A stretch of DNA of 62,480 bases, filler included, from Choristocarpus tenellus KU-1152 (taxonomy: Eukaryota > Protista > Phaeophyceae), in the NCBI GenBank assembly GCA_964200185.2. It is 11 parts of 11 records of this genome, joined end to end, with 100 filler letters (N's around TTAATTAATTAA, not from the genome) between each part and the next. Parts side by side here need not be neighbours in the genome. Positions count along the whole stretch, not along the records: positions 1 to 4,831 come from CAXNAD020012900.1; positions 4,932 to 17,012 come from CAXNAD020001986.1; 9 more parts are not named here. The stretch is one strand, 5' to 3'. Shown here in pieces: positions 1 through 10,500 of the stretch. The translations under genes and the position numbers were made by a program. Each line of letters opens with the position of its first letter. Within the stretch, counting starts at the first letter, position 1. The notes under the pieces are model-generated. The model worked only from the letters and a program-made list of their open reading frames with translations, made no database searches and had not been told where the DNA came from.

Positions 1-150
1 CTGGAAGAGCTTCGGGGGAGGATGCTATCAATGGATCTGGTGATCTCGGACAAGCTGCTGCTCCTACAGTTCCTGAGTGCTCTCGGATCAGATTACGATA
101 CCGAAATACGCATGATGGCCTCGCAGAAAACACTATGTCGAGCAGAACGA
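1..150 (+). pseudogene. Possible Ty1/copia gag (UBN2/Retrotran_gag_2-like) fragment
   Basis: Frame 1 reads LEELRGRMLSMDLVISDKLLLLQFLSALGSDYDTEIRMM then stops. This resembles the copia gag pattern L..LR..L..M...ISD......L..L...Y. Short and truncated by the window edge. Confidence 0.35.
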
Positions 151-375
151 TGACACTACGGGCATGCACTATCTGGACCCCGCACCAACAAGAGAGTCTT
201 CCATCCAAACGCTCGCTGCCAAGAACACGCTCAGAGGTATTGTCGCCTAAACGTGTACAGAGGGTGTGTTCGCCGCTTCTTCTTTTCGCATGCTCCAGAC
301 CGACAAAGCGTCCCACGCCTCAAACGTTAAACTGTCGTCTCCTCCATTCTCTCCCCTCCTCTCGAAAAATTACAG

Positions 376-3300
376 AACACAGATCGGGACAGATAAGGAG
401 GTGTATGAGATATTCAAGGAGAGGTTAGGGGTCCAGGGATTGAATGGAGGAACACCTTGTCAAAGCACCTTCATCAAGTGGAGACCCTTCTACATCACCA
501 AGGCCACGATGAGGTAACAGAAAAATCTTACATTGCCACCCCCTTGCATGACACAGAATAAACCCTGGCACATTCGACACCACCACCAAACAACTAAAAC
601 GTAATTCGTGGGTGGCCTCCACAACGACATATGCTACCCATCCTAACACCCCACACACCCTCACATCGTTCAACTGCCATGCAGGTCCTGTGTTTGTGTG
701 CATCACCTGTTAACAGAAAGTCTTATCTCATGCTTGAGGAACAACTCGGAGAAAGCAGACAAAGACATGATACAAGAGGGAGACAAGGCGACATGCTCAT
801 GTGACTGTGACTTCTGTCGAAATGGAGATGTGTGCCACTCTGTAGAGGTTCAGACTGCCCTCCAGAGTTCTTCAAACATGATTAAGTTCCTATTGTGAGT
901 CGACTCAATCCATTCTCTACTGTACAAATATTCCCTACTCCCTCTGCATATCCCCTTCTGTACTCCATTATTCCTTATAGCATTTCTTTGCCTTTTCGTA
1001 CTCGTTTACATCCCTGGTCTCATCACGAATGCGGCTGACAAACACATCAACCGCTACATCCAAGCACTTGTCCTCCCCACCCAGATGCAAGAGGGCGAAT
1101 CTCGAGGGGGTTGGAACAGGGACTGTGGGTGAGGAGGGAGGATACGCGACCTCTTGCATTAATGGCACATGCGATACATGCAAATGGAAGGAGCACCCCA
1201 TCTGGAATTGTCCCCGCATGCTCGAATGTCCCTCCATTAATGTAACCTGGAACGAGTTCATCAGTGCATACACCCCTATTGTGGAGATCGAGCTTGAAGG
1301 AATGTCGTATAATGACATCAAGGTGAACGCGGGCCCTGTATGGTTGTAAACAAGGTCGCAATCCTGCATGCACAGTTTCCAGGACTCGATTTTCAAACCC
1401 ATTCTTTCTTAGAGAAACAGGCCACACCCACACAGGTGCCCACTCCGCAAATTCAATCCTCCCTTCATTCTTTGTCCATGTTCTTCCTTTTCTCTACAGG
1501 CTCTCTCGGGTCGACTAGCTCTACGTGCACCCAGAGGGGCCACAAAGCAGGAGATGATTGGTAGGATAAAGGACAAGTATGCAGAGTACAGGGCAAAGGA
1601 TCTAATATCTGAAGATTTCATCGCAGCCAGCTGCATGCCTGAGGATACCTCTCCGCACGGTGAAGATCTTGATGAGGATGACACAACATCCCAACGACCA
1701 GAACCAACAAGCACAAGAAGAAGCGCAAGGTGATGACTCCGCAATCCCCACCAGCACCCAAAAGAAGAGTATCCCCCACTCACCGCAAACAAGGCTCTGT
1801 GTTGTTGCTGATCACTAATGTGTCATGGCTCCCTTCTTACAGGTTCTTACAGGTTCTACTCCCGAGGACAGAGACGTTTCCAACACTTGTTGGGGTCATC
1901 TTCAAAAACTTCGACAAGAACTTCTTCCTGCATCACAACACCAGCGGTTGGCAGGCTCGCCACTACAAGCAGTCCATAGCCCGTCTACGTGCCGGGCAGG
2001 CTGTACTCGTGGTAGACTTCCAATCCCAATACAGTCACGGTCACCTGGACTTGACCCAACAGGAGTTCTTCAACCTTTTTCTGACTGCAATGTTCCCCGC
2101 TGCCGTGTGGATGAAGGACTTCAGGAGGGGAGCCCTCGGGGGGGGACGGATGTGGGCGCACAGCTTTGTGTTCTTAAGTCAAGACACCAGCCAGAACGAT
2201 GAGTTTGTACAGCACGTTCTAGAGAAGTTCATCAACGGGTTTTTGAAGCCCATGGCTCGCGAGTATGGACAGGAACTGCGGGTCCTACACACCTGGACCG
2301 ATGGATGCGGAAATCAGTTCAAGAACAGGTGGCAGATGGAGTGGGTCTCGCAGGCCTTTGGAGGGCACGGGATCGCAGTCATCCACAATTTCTTTGCGTC
2401 GTGCCATGGGAAGTCCCTGTCGGATGCGATTGGGGCCGTGGCTAAGTCCAATGCCAGGCTGCTTGAGCGCAACGGAGTAAGGATGCCGGGCACATCATCA
2501 TTGGTGGAGACGCTCAAAGCTTCATCGACAGATTTCTGCTTGACGTTGCCCACACCGGAGGAAGAGGAGCGATTGCGGAAGGAGTCCAAGGTTCCTCCGA
2601 CACATGCTATTGTTGCGAAGGTCGGTACCTTGGAAAATATGTCCACCAACCTCCTGTGTCTGGACACTCCACCTTAGGACAAAATCCCATTGGTTTGTTT
2701 GCTGTAAAGCATTCACATTCGATTACTACTGTCTTTTCCCATTCGTGTCATCATCATTTACTCCAAGGATTTTACTCCGAAATTCTCTTACATTGAATCA
2801 TAGATTGGATGAAGTGTTGAATTCTCACACACCCACGTCGCTGCCTATGCACAGGTGTGGACTGACAAGGATGGCATGAAGTGCAGGGAGGTACGAGCAA
2901 TGCTTCTTGCGCCAAACACGCTCAGTAAGCAGACCATTGTTCATGTTTCCCCTCACAAAGTGAACCGCATCGGACGACACGACCCATGTGTACCCCTCAT
3001 TCCAGGCATCAAGTCCATGCATAGATTTATCACCCAACCGTGGTTGGATGGTGGCCCTCCTTCCGTGGTCTACACCGAGAGGTCGTGCTACTGCACGAGT
3101 TGCACGGCTGGCAAAGTTGAAAACTGCAGGTGGCGGGTGACACACGTGCCTCTGTTGAGGCGGATCAATCTGGGGCTCTCACCTCAAGACACACCTGGGG
3201 ACATGTTCCTTAGGAGTCACCTTTCCAGAAGGAATAGCCAGCTAGAAGTAGGCAACGTGTGTATAGTGAGAAAGGAGCAATCAGACTATGATGGACTAGG

Positions 3301-4519
3301 GTTCCTTCCCTTCACTGTTCACCAGAAGGAAGCGGTGCAATGGAATGCCAGGGAACACTCAAGGTTACGGGGGCCAGTTCGGTATCGGTGATGAGTTAGT
3401 GTTCGTCAGAGAGGACTTCAAGGTGCTTGACGACGTCTGGGTTGATGGAGTGCCAATGGTTCGTCTCTCACTAAACGAGGAGGTACATACATTATACGGA
3501 CATAAATGTCAAGAAAATTCAAGCATAAACCACCTTATACATCTACTGTTTGAAGTCACCTACATATAGCGATTGCTTTGAAATGAAATATTTGCCTAAC
3601 AATACGTCAATAGCAGGATTTGGCGACAGCTGCGGAGCAACAATTGATACTCCATCAAAACGATTTACCATTGCCATCCCCTCAATATTCGGTTGAACGA
3701 TGTATCTGCCCAGGTTGCACCCCTTTAACCACTCCAACCCCTCCCCCCGAATCAAATTTGTGCCCTTCCTACAACAGGACGCACAGCCAGATCCCCGTGT
3801 TGTCCCACTCCAGGCGATCATTATCCCAGAGTTCCTCCAGCTTCCCTACGTTGATGTTGACAACACCTACAACATCTTCCCAGGTCAATACCAGAGATTC
3901 GCCGCTGAGTCCAACCGGCAGATGCTAGGGGCACCTCCAGTTGTCTTCTCCAAAGAACAAACGCGTGGAGACACATCTCACGCCAAGTTTGGACGAGGGA
4001 CAGAATTCATACTGCCTGGCTGTCGTGATGTCATCGTCAGGGGGAGGGTTGATGATGTAGGTGTTGATGAAGAAAAAAGACTGTGTGTGCACTCTGTGGG
4101 ATACGAGGCCGAACATAGCCACCAGTCCTTGCTTCGAGGGCTAAAACCGAACATGCTAGAGGAAGAGGTCGAGGAGGGTGTACAACTTCTGAGAGAGAAG
4201 GGGAGCAGGGAGCGCGAAACACTCAAAGCTCAACGCAAAGAGCGGAATGAAAGGCAACGTAGACGGATGGAAAATGAGAGAAGAACAGAAAGTACACCCT
4301 CGAACAACTAGATTAGAGGTTGTTCCCATTCTGGAAGAGACTACCCTTCTTCGTGGTGCTGAGGGCAGGGGTTTATACTTCCGAGATGAAGAGCGGTGGA
4401 TGAGAGGCACTGTGTCGAGACATCAACACGGGTATGTGGTCGATCATGGACGGGGGCCAGTCAGTACTCTTACGAGGTGGGATGACGACCAGGTGCGGAA
4501 TGTCCAACTTTTTGTCTGA
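376..4519 (+). mobile_element. Spliced Sola2-like DDD transposase gene; 5' end not located, 3' third disrupted
   Basis: GT-AG exons join in frame: ~376/393-513, 685-894, 1085-1322, 1500-1729, 1843-2620, 2855-3482, ~3617-4519. Motifs: STFIKWRPFY, SCVCVHH, LLC...CINGTCDTC, VVDFQSQY (D 2015), WTDGCGNQFKN (D 2300), FFASCHGKSLSDAIG (D 2423), IPGIKSMHRF...SCYCTSC. These match the Sola2 pattern DF.ENY / SDG..QYKN / F..SHGK..CDG.G. Frameshift near 3320, in-frame TGA at 3694, further shift near 4310. Confidence 0.8.
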
Positions 4520-4744
4520 AAGATATGACACCCGACAAGGAGCAACTCAGGGAAGCTCGTTCTGGACAACAAGGGTAATCAACGTTTGATTAGTAGAAGC
4601 AGGAAGGTTTGGTGCTGCAGTGACAAGTTTCGAAAATCATTTCAGATCGATGTTCTTATACTTCCCCTTGTGTGCATATCATTTCGATATGTTTTTCCCT
4701 CATTTTCGTGGAACCGGATTTTTCGTTCGATGAAGTGTGAAAGT

Positions 4745-4831
4745 GGCTCAAAGTATCTGGGAGGGGGCGGCGGCTGTCCATTTGAGGTCAATTTTTTCAT
4801 GTTGTGATTTTTGGGTGATTTGGTTGCATAC
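4745..4831. mobile_element. MITE family B, partial (cut by gap)
   Basis: Starts GGCTCAAAGTATCTGGGAGGGGG, followed by the GTCCATTTG subterminal motif. Confidence 0.85.
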
Positions 4832-4931
4832 NNNNNNNNNNNNNNNNNNNNNNNNNNNNNNNNNNNNNNNNNNNNTTAATTAATTAANNNNNNNNNNNNN
4901 NNNNNNNNNNNNNNNNNNNNNNNNNNNNNNN
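4832..4931. other. Artificial contig-joining linker (N44-TTAATTAATTAA-N44)
   Basis: Identical 100-nt spacer with stops in all six frames also at 17013-17112, 20373-20472, 24205-24304, 26992-27091, 31848-31947, 41978-42077, 47278-47377, 52648-52747 and 57978-58077. Confidence 0.97.
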
Positions 4932-5000
4932 CAAAAATCGTGACACGAAAAAATTGACCCCAATTGGACAGCCGCTACCCCCTCCCAGATACTTTGAGAC
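4932..5000. mobile_element. MITE family B, partial
   Basis: Ends ...GGACAGCCGCTACCCCCTCCCAGATACTTTGAGAC, the inverted family B terminus. Confidence 0.8.
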
Positions 5001-5145
5001 TCTACGCATAATTCTCTTAACTTCTTGTTTTTTTTATGTAGAAGACAAAAGGGATATCAACTTTCACTGGCTTGAGCCCATTCCTGTGTCTGTGCTTTGT
5101 GACAAGCACACACGACAAATTGAGACTCTATATGCCCTGGTACAA

Positions 5146-5397
5146 GAGTGAAAGTATTTTAGAGGGTACGAATTTTACCTTGTCCGTCCATTTTGGGCGT
5201 GGCTTCCCACAGACGTTATATATGACAATTTTCCTACTCCGAATGTAGGTTAAATGTATATGCTATGAAAAGGTGTGTCTGGAACAAGGATATTGACACT
5301 TCCTAACAAACACGATAGCCAAAATTACATCAAAGTTTCAACATTAGATTTTGGTCTCCAAACGGACGCGGCTCTACCCTCTAAGATACTTTGACTC
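5146..5397. mobile_element. MITE family A, full length, TSD ACAA
   Basis: TIRs GAGTGAAAGTATTTTAGAGGGTA ... TACCCTCTAAGATACTTTGACTC. ACAA flanks both sides (5142-5145, 5398-5401). Confidence 0.93.
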
Positions 5398-6849
5398 ACA
5401 ACTAGTGTTTACTGCAAGAGTAGGGTGCTCCTTTGACTGGTCATTCATAGAAGGCCTGCAACGTTTTCAGTTTTTTCGTAGAAAATGATAAACTGCAAAG
5501 CCTGTTTTCTGCAATCTACTTACAATACATTTTTAACTCAATTAACATTATGGGTTTGAGTCATGTTTCTCTCCCCACAGAACTTCAATCCAACGCATTG
5601 GAAGTCAATCGTAAGGGGCATAGTAATTAATCCCATTGTACATCCCCTTTGACTTCTATTATCAGTAGTGCCAGGCCTTATACACAATATTTCGTCATGT
5701 TTTTAATGTAGACTGTTAAGGAGTGGGCATCTGGTCTGGTCTAAATGGATATTAGATACAAGAATTATTATTATTATTATTGTTTGCTTTGTGCGATATG
5801 ATTAGACAGGCTCACCCAATAAGGGTTGAATGGGTGGATAAAAAGGCACATAAGGCATAGAATCAGTGTCCTCCATGGTCAACTCAATCCTACAAGGGCA
5901 GTGAATCCGTGTGCTTACTCAAAATCGTATTGGTTAACTCGTAAACCATAGAACATGACATTGAAGGAGTCAAGGGGAAAAAATATGCCGAAGCTCAAGT
6001 CCCACTCCCTCTCCTCCCTCCACCGTCTATCAACAGTGACCACCATATACAACTGTGCATTTCCTCAATTAAACCAAGAAAACAACATGCACGGAAAACT
6101 AACACCTCATATTCTGACCCGATACACACACTGCAATACTTGAAAACATGCTACTTATACGTGATGGTTTTGTCCAATGGCAGGTAGTATTTGCGAGAAC
6201 ATGGTACAAGAGGCCATAACACCGATATCATGGGGAGAAGAAGAGCACACAGTAGTCTGGGATTTTTACCTCACACTTGTCTTGATCAAAGATCAGAATG
6301 TCGGCCCCGATTTCCGTCAGGGAGATCTGTGCATATACCCAGGAACACACACACATGCACGCACACACACAAGTGCACGTACACGCAATGGGAGCAGTTG
6401 ACAGCAGGTAGACACAAACGGTGTTTCACAGTGTCAAGAGGCACAGGGGGGCAGGGTGAGAGGGGAAGGGGGGGTTTGGGTTGGAAGGAAGGTCAAGATG
6501 ACTATTGAATCTGGACATGAGTAGTCGGTACATAGTGAGTACCATAAATATATTGTGGCACCACAACCTGGACAATAAATAGGTCAGCAGGAAAGAGTCG
6601 GATATAAAGACAGGACAGAAATTTGATGATTATATGCAATACCTATCACCCACTAAATAATGTGCCATTTTTAGTTTTCAGGTGACGAATTACAACGTGG
6701 AGCACCTAAGCCATAATTTCTATGTAGATCGGCATCTTGGAAGTGGATGAAGGGATGTGAATTGAGTGAAACGGAAAGTGACTTCTGGATGAATGAAAGA
6801 TTTAGATCCGTCCGTCTAGGAATGCTTCAGATATTACTCCATCTATTTC

Positions 6850-7450
6850 AAGAGTGCACTAATCAGACTCATAATAGTATCAACCAAATACCTTCAACTT
6901 TTCCATGACGTCCACCAATATGAATACGTCCTTTGCAGAATACCCCAGGTGCATCCAACTGCTCATCGTTGCCCTCACGACAAAGTTTGTAGCCATCAAG
7001 TGGAACAGAGGAGAAAAGACTGGACAAAGCTTGAACCCTGAACGATGATTTATGGGGGTGAGATTTTCACTTCCACACAATGGCTGGCACCAACACGGGA
7101 GTATTTGCGACTATTAACTTCAATGAACCACCCAAGGATCAAGGATCTTATCTTTCTCTCTTCACTGTTAGATGCAGTTCTCGTCATTTTTGTTCAAAAA
7201 ATATTTCATATGGATGTTGTAGAGGTGCATGAGATAGGAGCGCACACAAGTGTAGGTTGGTTGACAACGTAGACCAAAATGTACGGGGATAGTTCAAAAC
7301 TTGTTGCAAGCGAGGGTGAGAGTAGAAGAACAGAAAGGTGTCAGAGTTTAACCTGAGAAGAAGAGTTGATAAAGAAGTTTGGAGGGCTATAGACAGAGAG
7401 GTGAGCAAGGTATGTGATGGCGTTTGAACCTGTGGGTTGAGGCAGTGTTG
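6850..7450 (-). pseudogene. Possible decayed non-LTR retrotransposon 3' region
   Basis: Minus-strand translation gives C..LCGSENLTPINH....LCP, resembling a LINE C-terminal CCHC/zf-RVT knuckle. Many disruptions. Confidence 0.3.
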
Positions 7451-7511
7451 ATGGTATAGTAATGAATATCCGTAACAGTAGTACAACAGCAACTACACGA
7501 CCCTCACCAAC

Positions 7512-10500
7512 CTGTCAAGTCATTGCTTTCAAGGTCCAGTTGTTTGAGATTACGGTGTTGGACCAGCGTGTTTGGAATGGACCCTGTGGCATCAGCATGA
7601 CGGCAATGGGTGCAATTAGAGTTACAGTGATGTCGGACAAAAATCATTGCACACTTGGATGCGATACACATGTGGAGCACATGCTGTGTAGTTGATAACT
7701 TTTTCAGGACATTGTTCCCGTTGGATCGGTTATGTTGTGAATGAGGTAGAACAATAGTCAAGTAACCATTTTGTCATCAAGCTTATGATGCTTTGCATCA
7801 CTTTGGGAGGGCAACAGTGGATTGATGGTGCACCATGTGAAAGATATATAATTTTCTAGCTGCAGACTCGTGCATAGATAAAAGCACAGAAGGATACATA
7901 CTATACACCCACAAAGGGAAAATCGATGAAACCACTGAGAGGGTGGTCAGGTTTGATCCTTGGGTTTCAAGAACTTTAGAACACTGCAATATGCATCAAG
8001 CCCATGACTGAAATAGAAATAACACCCCCTAAGGAGGGTGTGGCTGTAAAGAGAGGATTAGCTGCGAACACATTGTAAGTCCAAAGCACCCTCAACAGTG
8101 CTCAAAACACATCTACCAAAAGGAAATCGAAAGAGCCCTTGCAATTCAGTGACATCCCACTCTTACTAATCCAAGCAGGGCTGAGGAAACAAGAATACAT
8201 ACCTGTACGGCAACTCATCTCCATGATGAAGGATACTGTATACAAGATTATAATTCTCCTGTACTCATGTAGGTGTTCAACTTGCATGCGCTGCACAAAC
8301 TAGTTGATGTTATTTCAGATGCCGCCCCACAAGGTTCCAAGATGTCATGTACATGAAATGCTAAACTCCTTATTCGTCTCAGATATGCCAACTGTTCATG
8401 CATCTTTCAGTGCTCACCTGTGAGCTTGTTGTGGGAAAGTTGCATTTCTGACAGCGAATACAAGTTCCCCAATTCCATTGGGATAGACCCTGTGTGGATG
8501 GAGGGTTGGGTTGGTTCAAATCAGTTTGAGCTATAATGTGTAACATGAGGGCAACAGAGAAAAGCAATATATTGTCATTCCTCTCTTGCCACAAAACAAG
8601 ATACACTCAATTATTTTGAACAAGGTATCAAGTACAAAATTATCAGCATGACCGTGATAGACAACAGAGTCGCAGATGCGTTTAGAAGATTCGATGGGCT
8701 AACCACCCCCCATGCGCGAATATTTTTTGGGGACACTTGTGTTTGGTCGTCATTTCCTGCAGGAAGATCAGCATGATGGGGTAATATGAAGCACCGTTGT
8801 TGGGAGTTTGAGGCTGGTCTTGACCTGCACTTGACCATGGTCCATCTCCACTCGTCATGTAGTTGCTTCCCTTCAAAATACAAAGTTCAAGCCCTCCACA
8901 AAAAAATCTCGAATCCTCACATGTGTAGAGCTTTGCTCACATAGGATGGATAGCATCTTGCCCCGACCCGTTCAGAAATGAAATCTGCCCTTCGATTGTG
9001 GGTAGTGCCACCCACCAACCACGCAGCAAGGTCCCAATGTCTATTGCTTATTGTCTCACCACTCACCACATATCCTTCAATATATAATGAGCAAACTTGT
9101 TTGGGTGCTGGGTCCTGGTTCCTGTGTCCTTGAAAATGAGTGTTGGCCACCAGCTGGCTACATGGCTCCAAATACCACCCATCACTCCTGAGTGCTGCCC
9201 ATTTCTGTTGAGAAGCAGAGAAAAAAATCGGCTGCAAGCATTATTCCGTAGGCGGCATTGCCGCCTACACCTCCAAATTCCAATTCCATTCCCTGGAAAT
9301 CTCCGTTCTAGCCTCAAAATCGCCGACCCAACGATTTCTTCTTGGCTACATTTTGGTACCCTAATGTTGACTCTAGCTGGCTATATTTAAATACAAGACT
9401 AATCATACTCAATTCATTTTTATCGACACTAACACCAACATCTTGAATTACGTTTAAAACTATGAAGGACCAGTGGTTTAGATGGAACCAGGCCGTTGCT
9501 GATTATATTGTGCCAGAAGAAAACATACAGAGCGATGTGTATGCTCATTGATGTGCCCCAGGACTAGCAGCCGTCCCATGGTCTGGACCTTTCACAAATC
9601 TCGACGGATAGTTCTCTTTGAGCTGTATAGGGTTGCAATGGTTCACCCCATAACAATTCCATGAAACTCTCACACATCATCACTCCCTCATATAATTGAC
9701 TCATTGGGAATGCACACTCAATCACATTCCAATACACTAAATTTCTCCTGACATGGTTAATTTTATACGTATTCTCCCTATGACCCTGTGGTTCCCTACC
9801 TCCATTGTTTACCTCACTCGGGATATGAGCAATCGATCTTGTCTGAAGAAAAAAGTGTTCGCTGTGTGTGTGAGTATCTCTCTCTTGTCCAATGTGTCCT
9901 ACTTCTCACTAACCATGAGAACAAGCAGTTGCTTTGATTCACTCATAACTGTTCTAAAATAAATATTTTTGCTGCAATGAGGAAAGTCTATCCCCATCGA
10001 TTAAGTGTACTCAGGTCTAAAGTGGCCTTGTGGTTCAGTGGTTAAGGTCCAACATTCCGTCAGAGTGCAAGTATCTTAGAGGGTACGAGTTTTGCCCTGT
10101 TCGTCCGTTTGTGACTTGGCTTCACACGGGTTGCTTATGACATTTTACCTACTCCTAAATGTTTCAAAGTAGGTAAGATGTTTATGTTATGTACAGGTGT
10201 GTCTGGAATAAGGATATTGAAACTTCCTAACAAACACGATAGCCAAGATTACATCAAAATCGCAACATTGGATTTGGCCCCCAAACGGACGCGTCTCTAA
10301 CCTCTAAGAATACTTTGACTCGTCAAAGGTATATATGAGTTGTTATCCGCTCACACCCATACTTCTTTTCCAAAAAAAATGTTTTCCATTATGCCAAGTT
10401 CATATGGTAGGAACAATAGATTGTACACCTCCATCATCCTCTCAGTTTCCAATCCACAAAATCGTAGGAAAACAAACCCTAGGTGGCAACGCCTCATTGC

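Noticed and set aside
4876-4887. TTAATTAATTAA palindrome as a biological site
   Set aside because: Always centred in N runs, so it is an assembly linker.
5815-6330. Possible downstream exons of the LRR gene (~5890-5816, ~6326-6270)
   Set aside because: Splice-like ends exist, but phases do not join convincingly and there is no recognisable domain.
8600-9400. Overlapping short ORFs in an LRR intron
   Set aside because: Looks like decayed coding DNA but has no assignable motif.
10024-10062. tRNA-like A box GGCCTTGTGGTTCAGTGGTTAAG
   Set aside because: No B box or cloverleaf is recoverable even after removing the MITE. At most a decayed SINE head.
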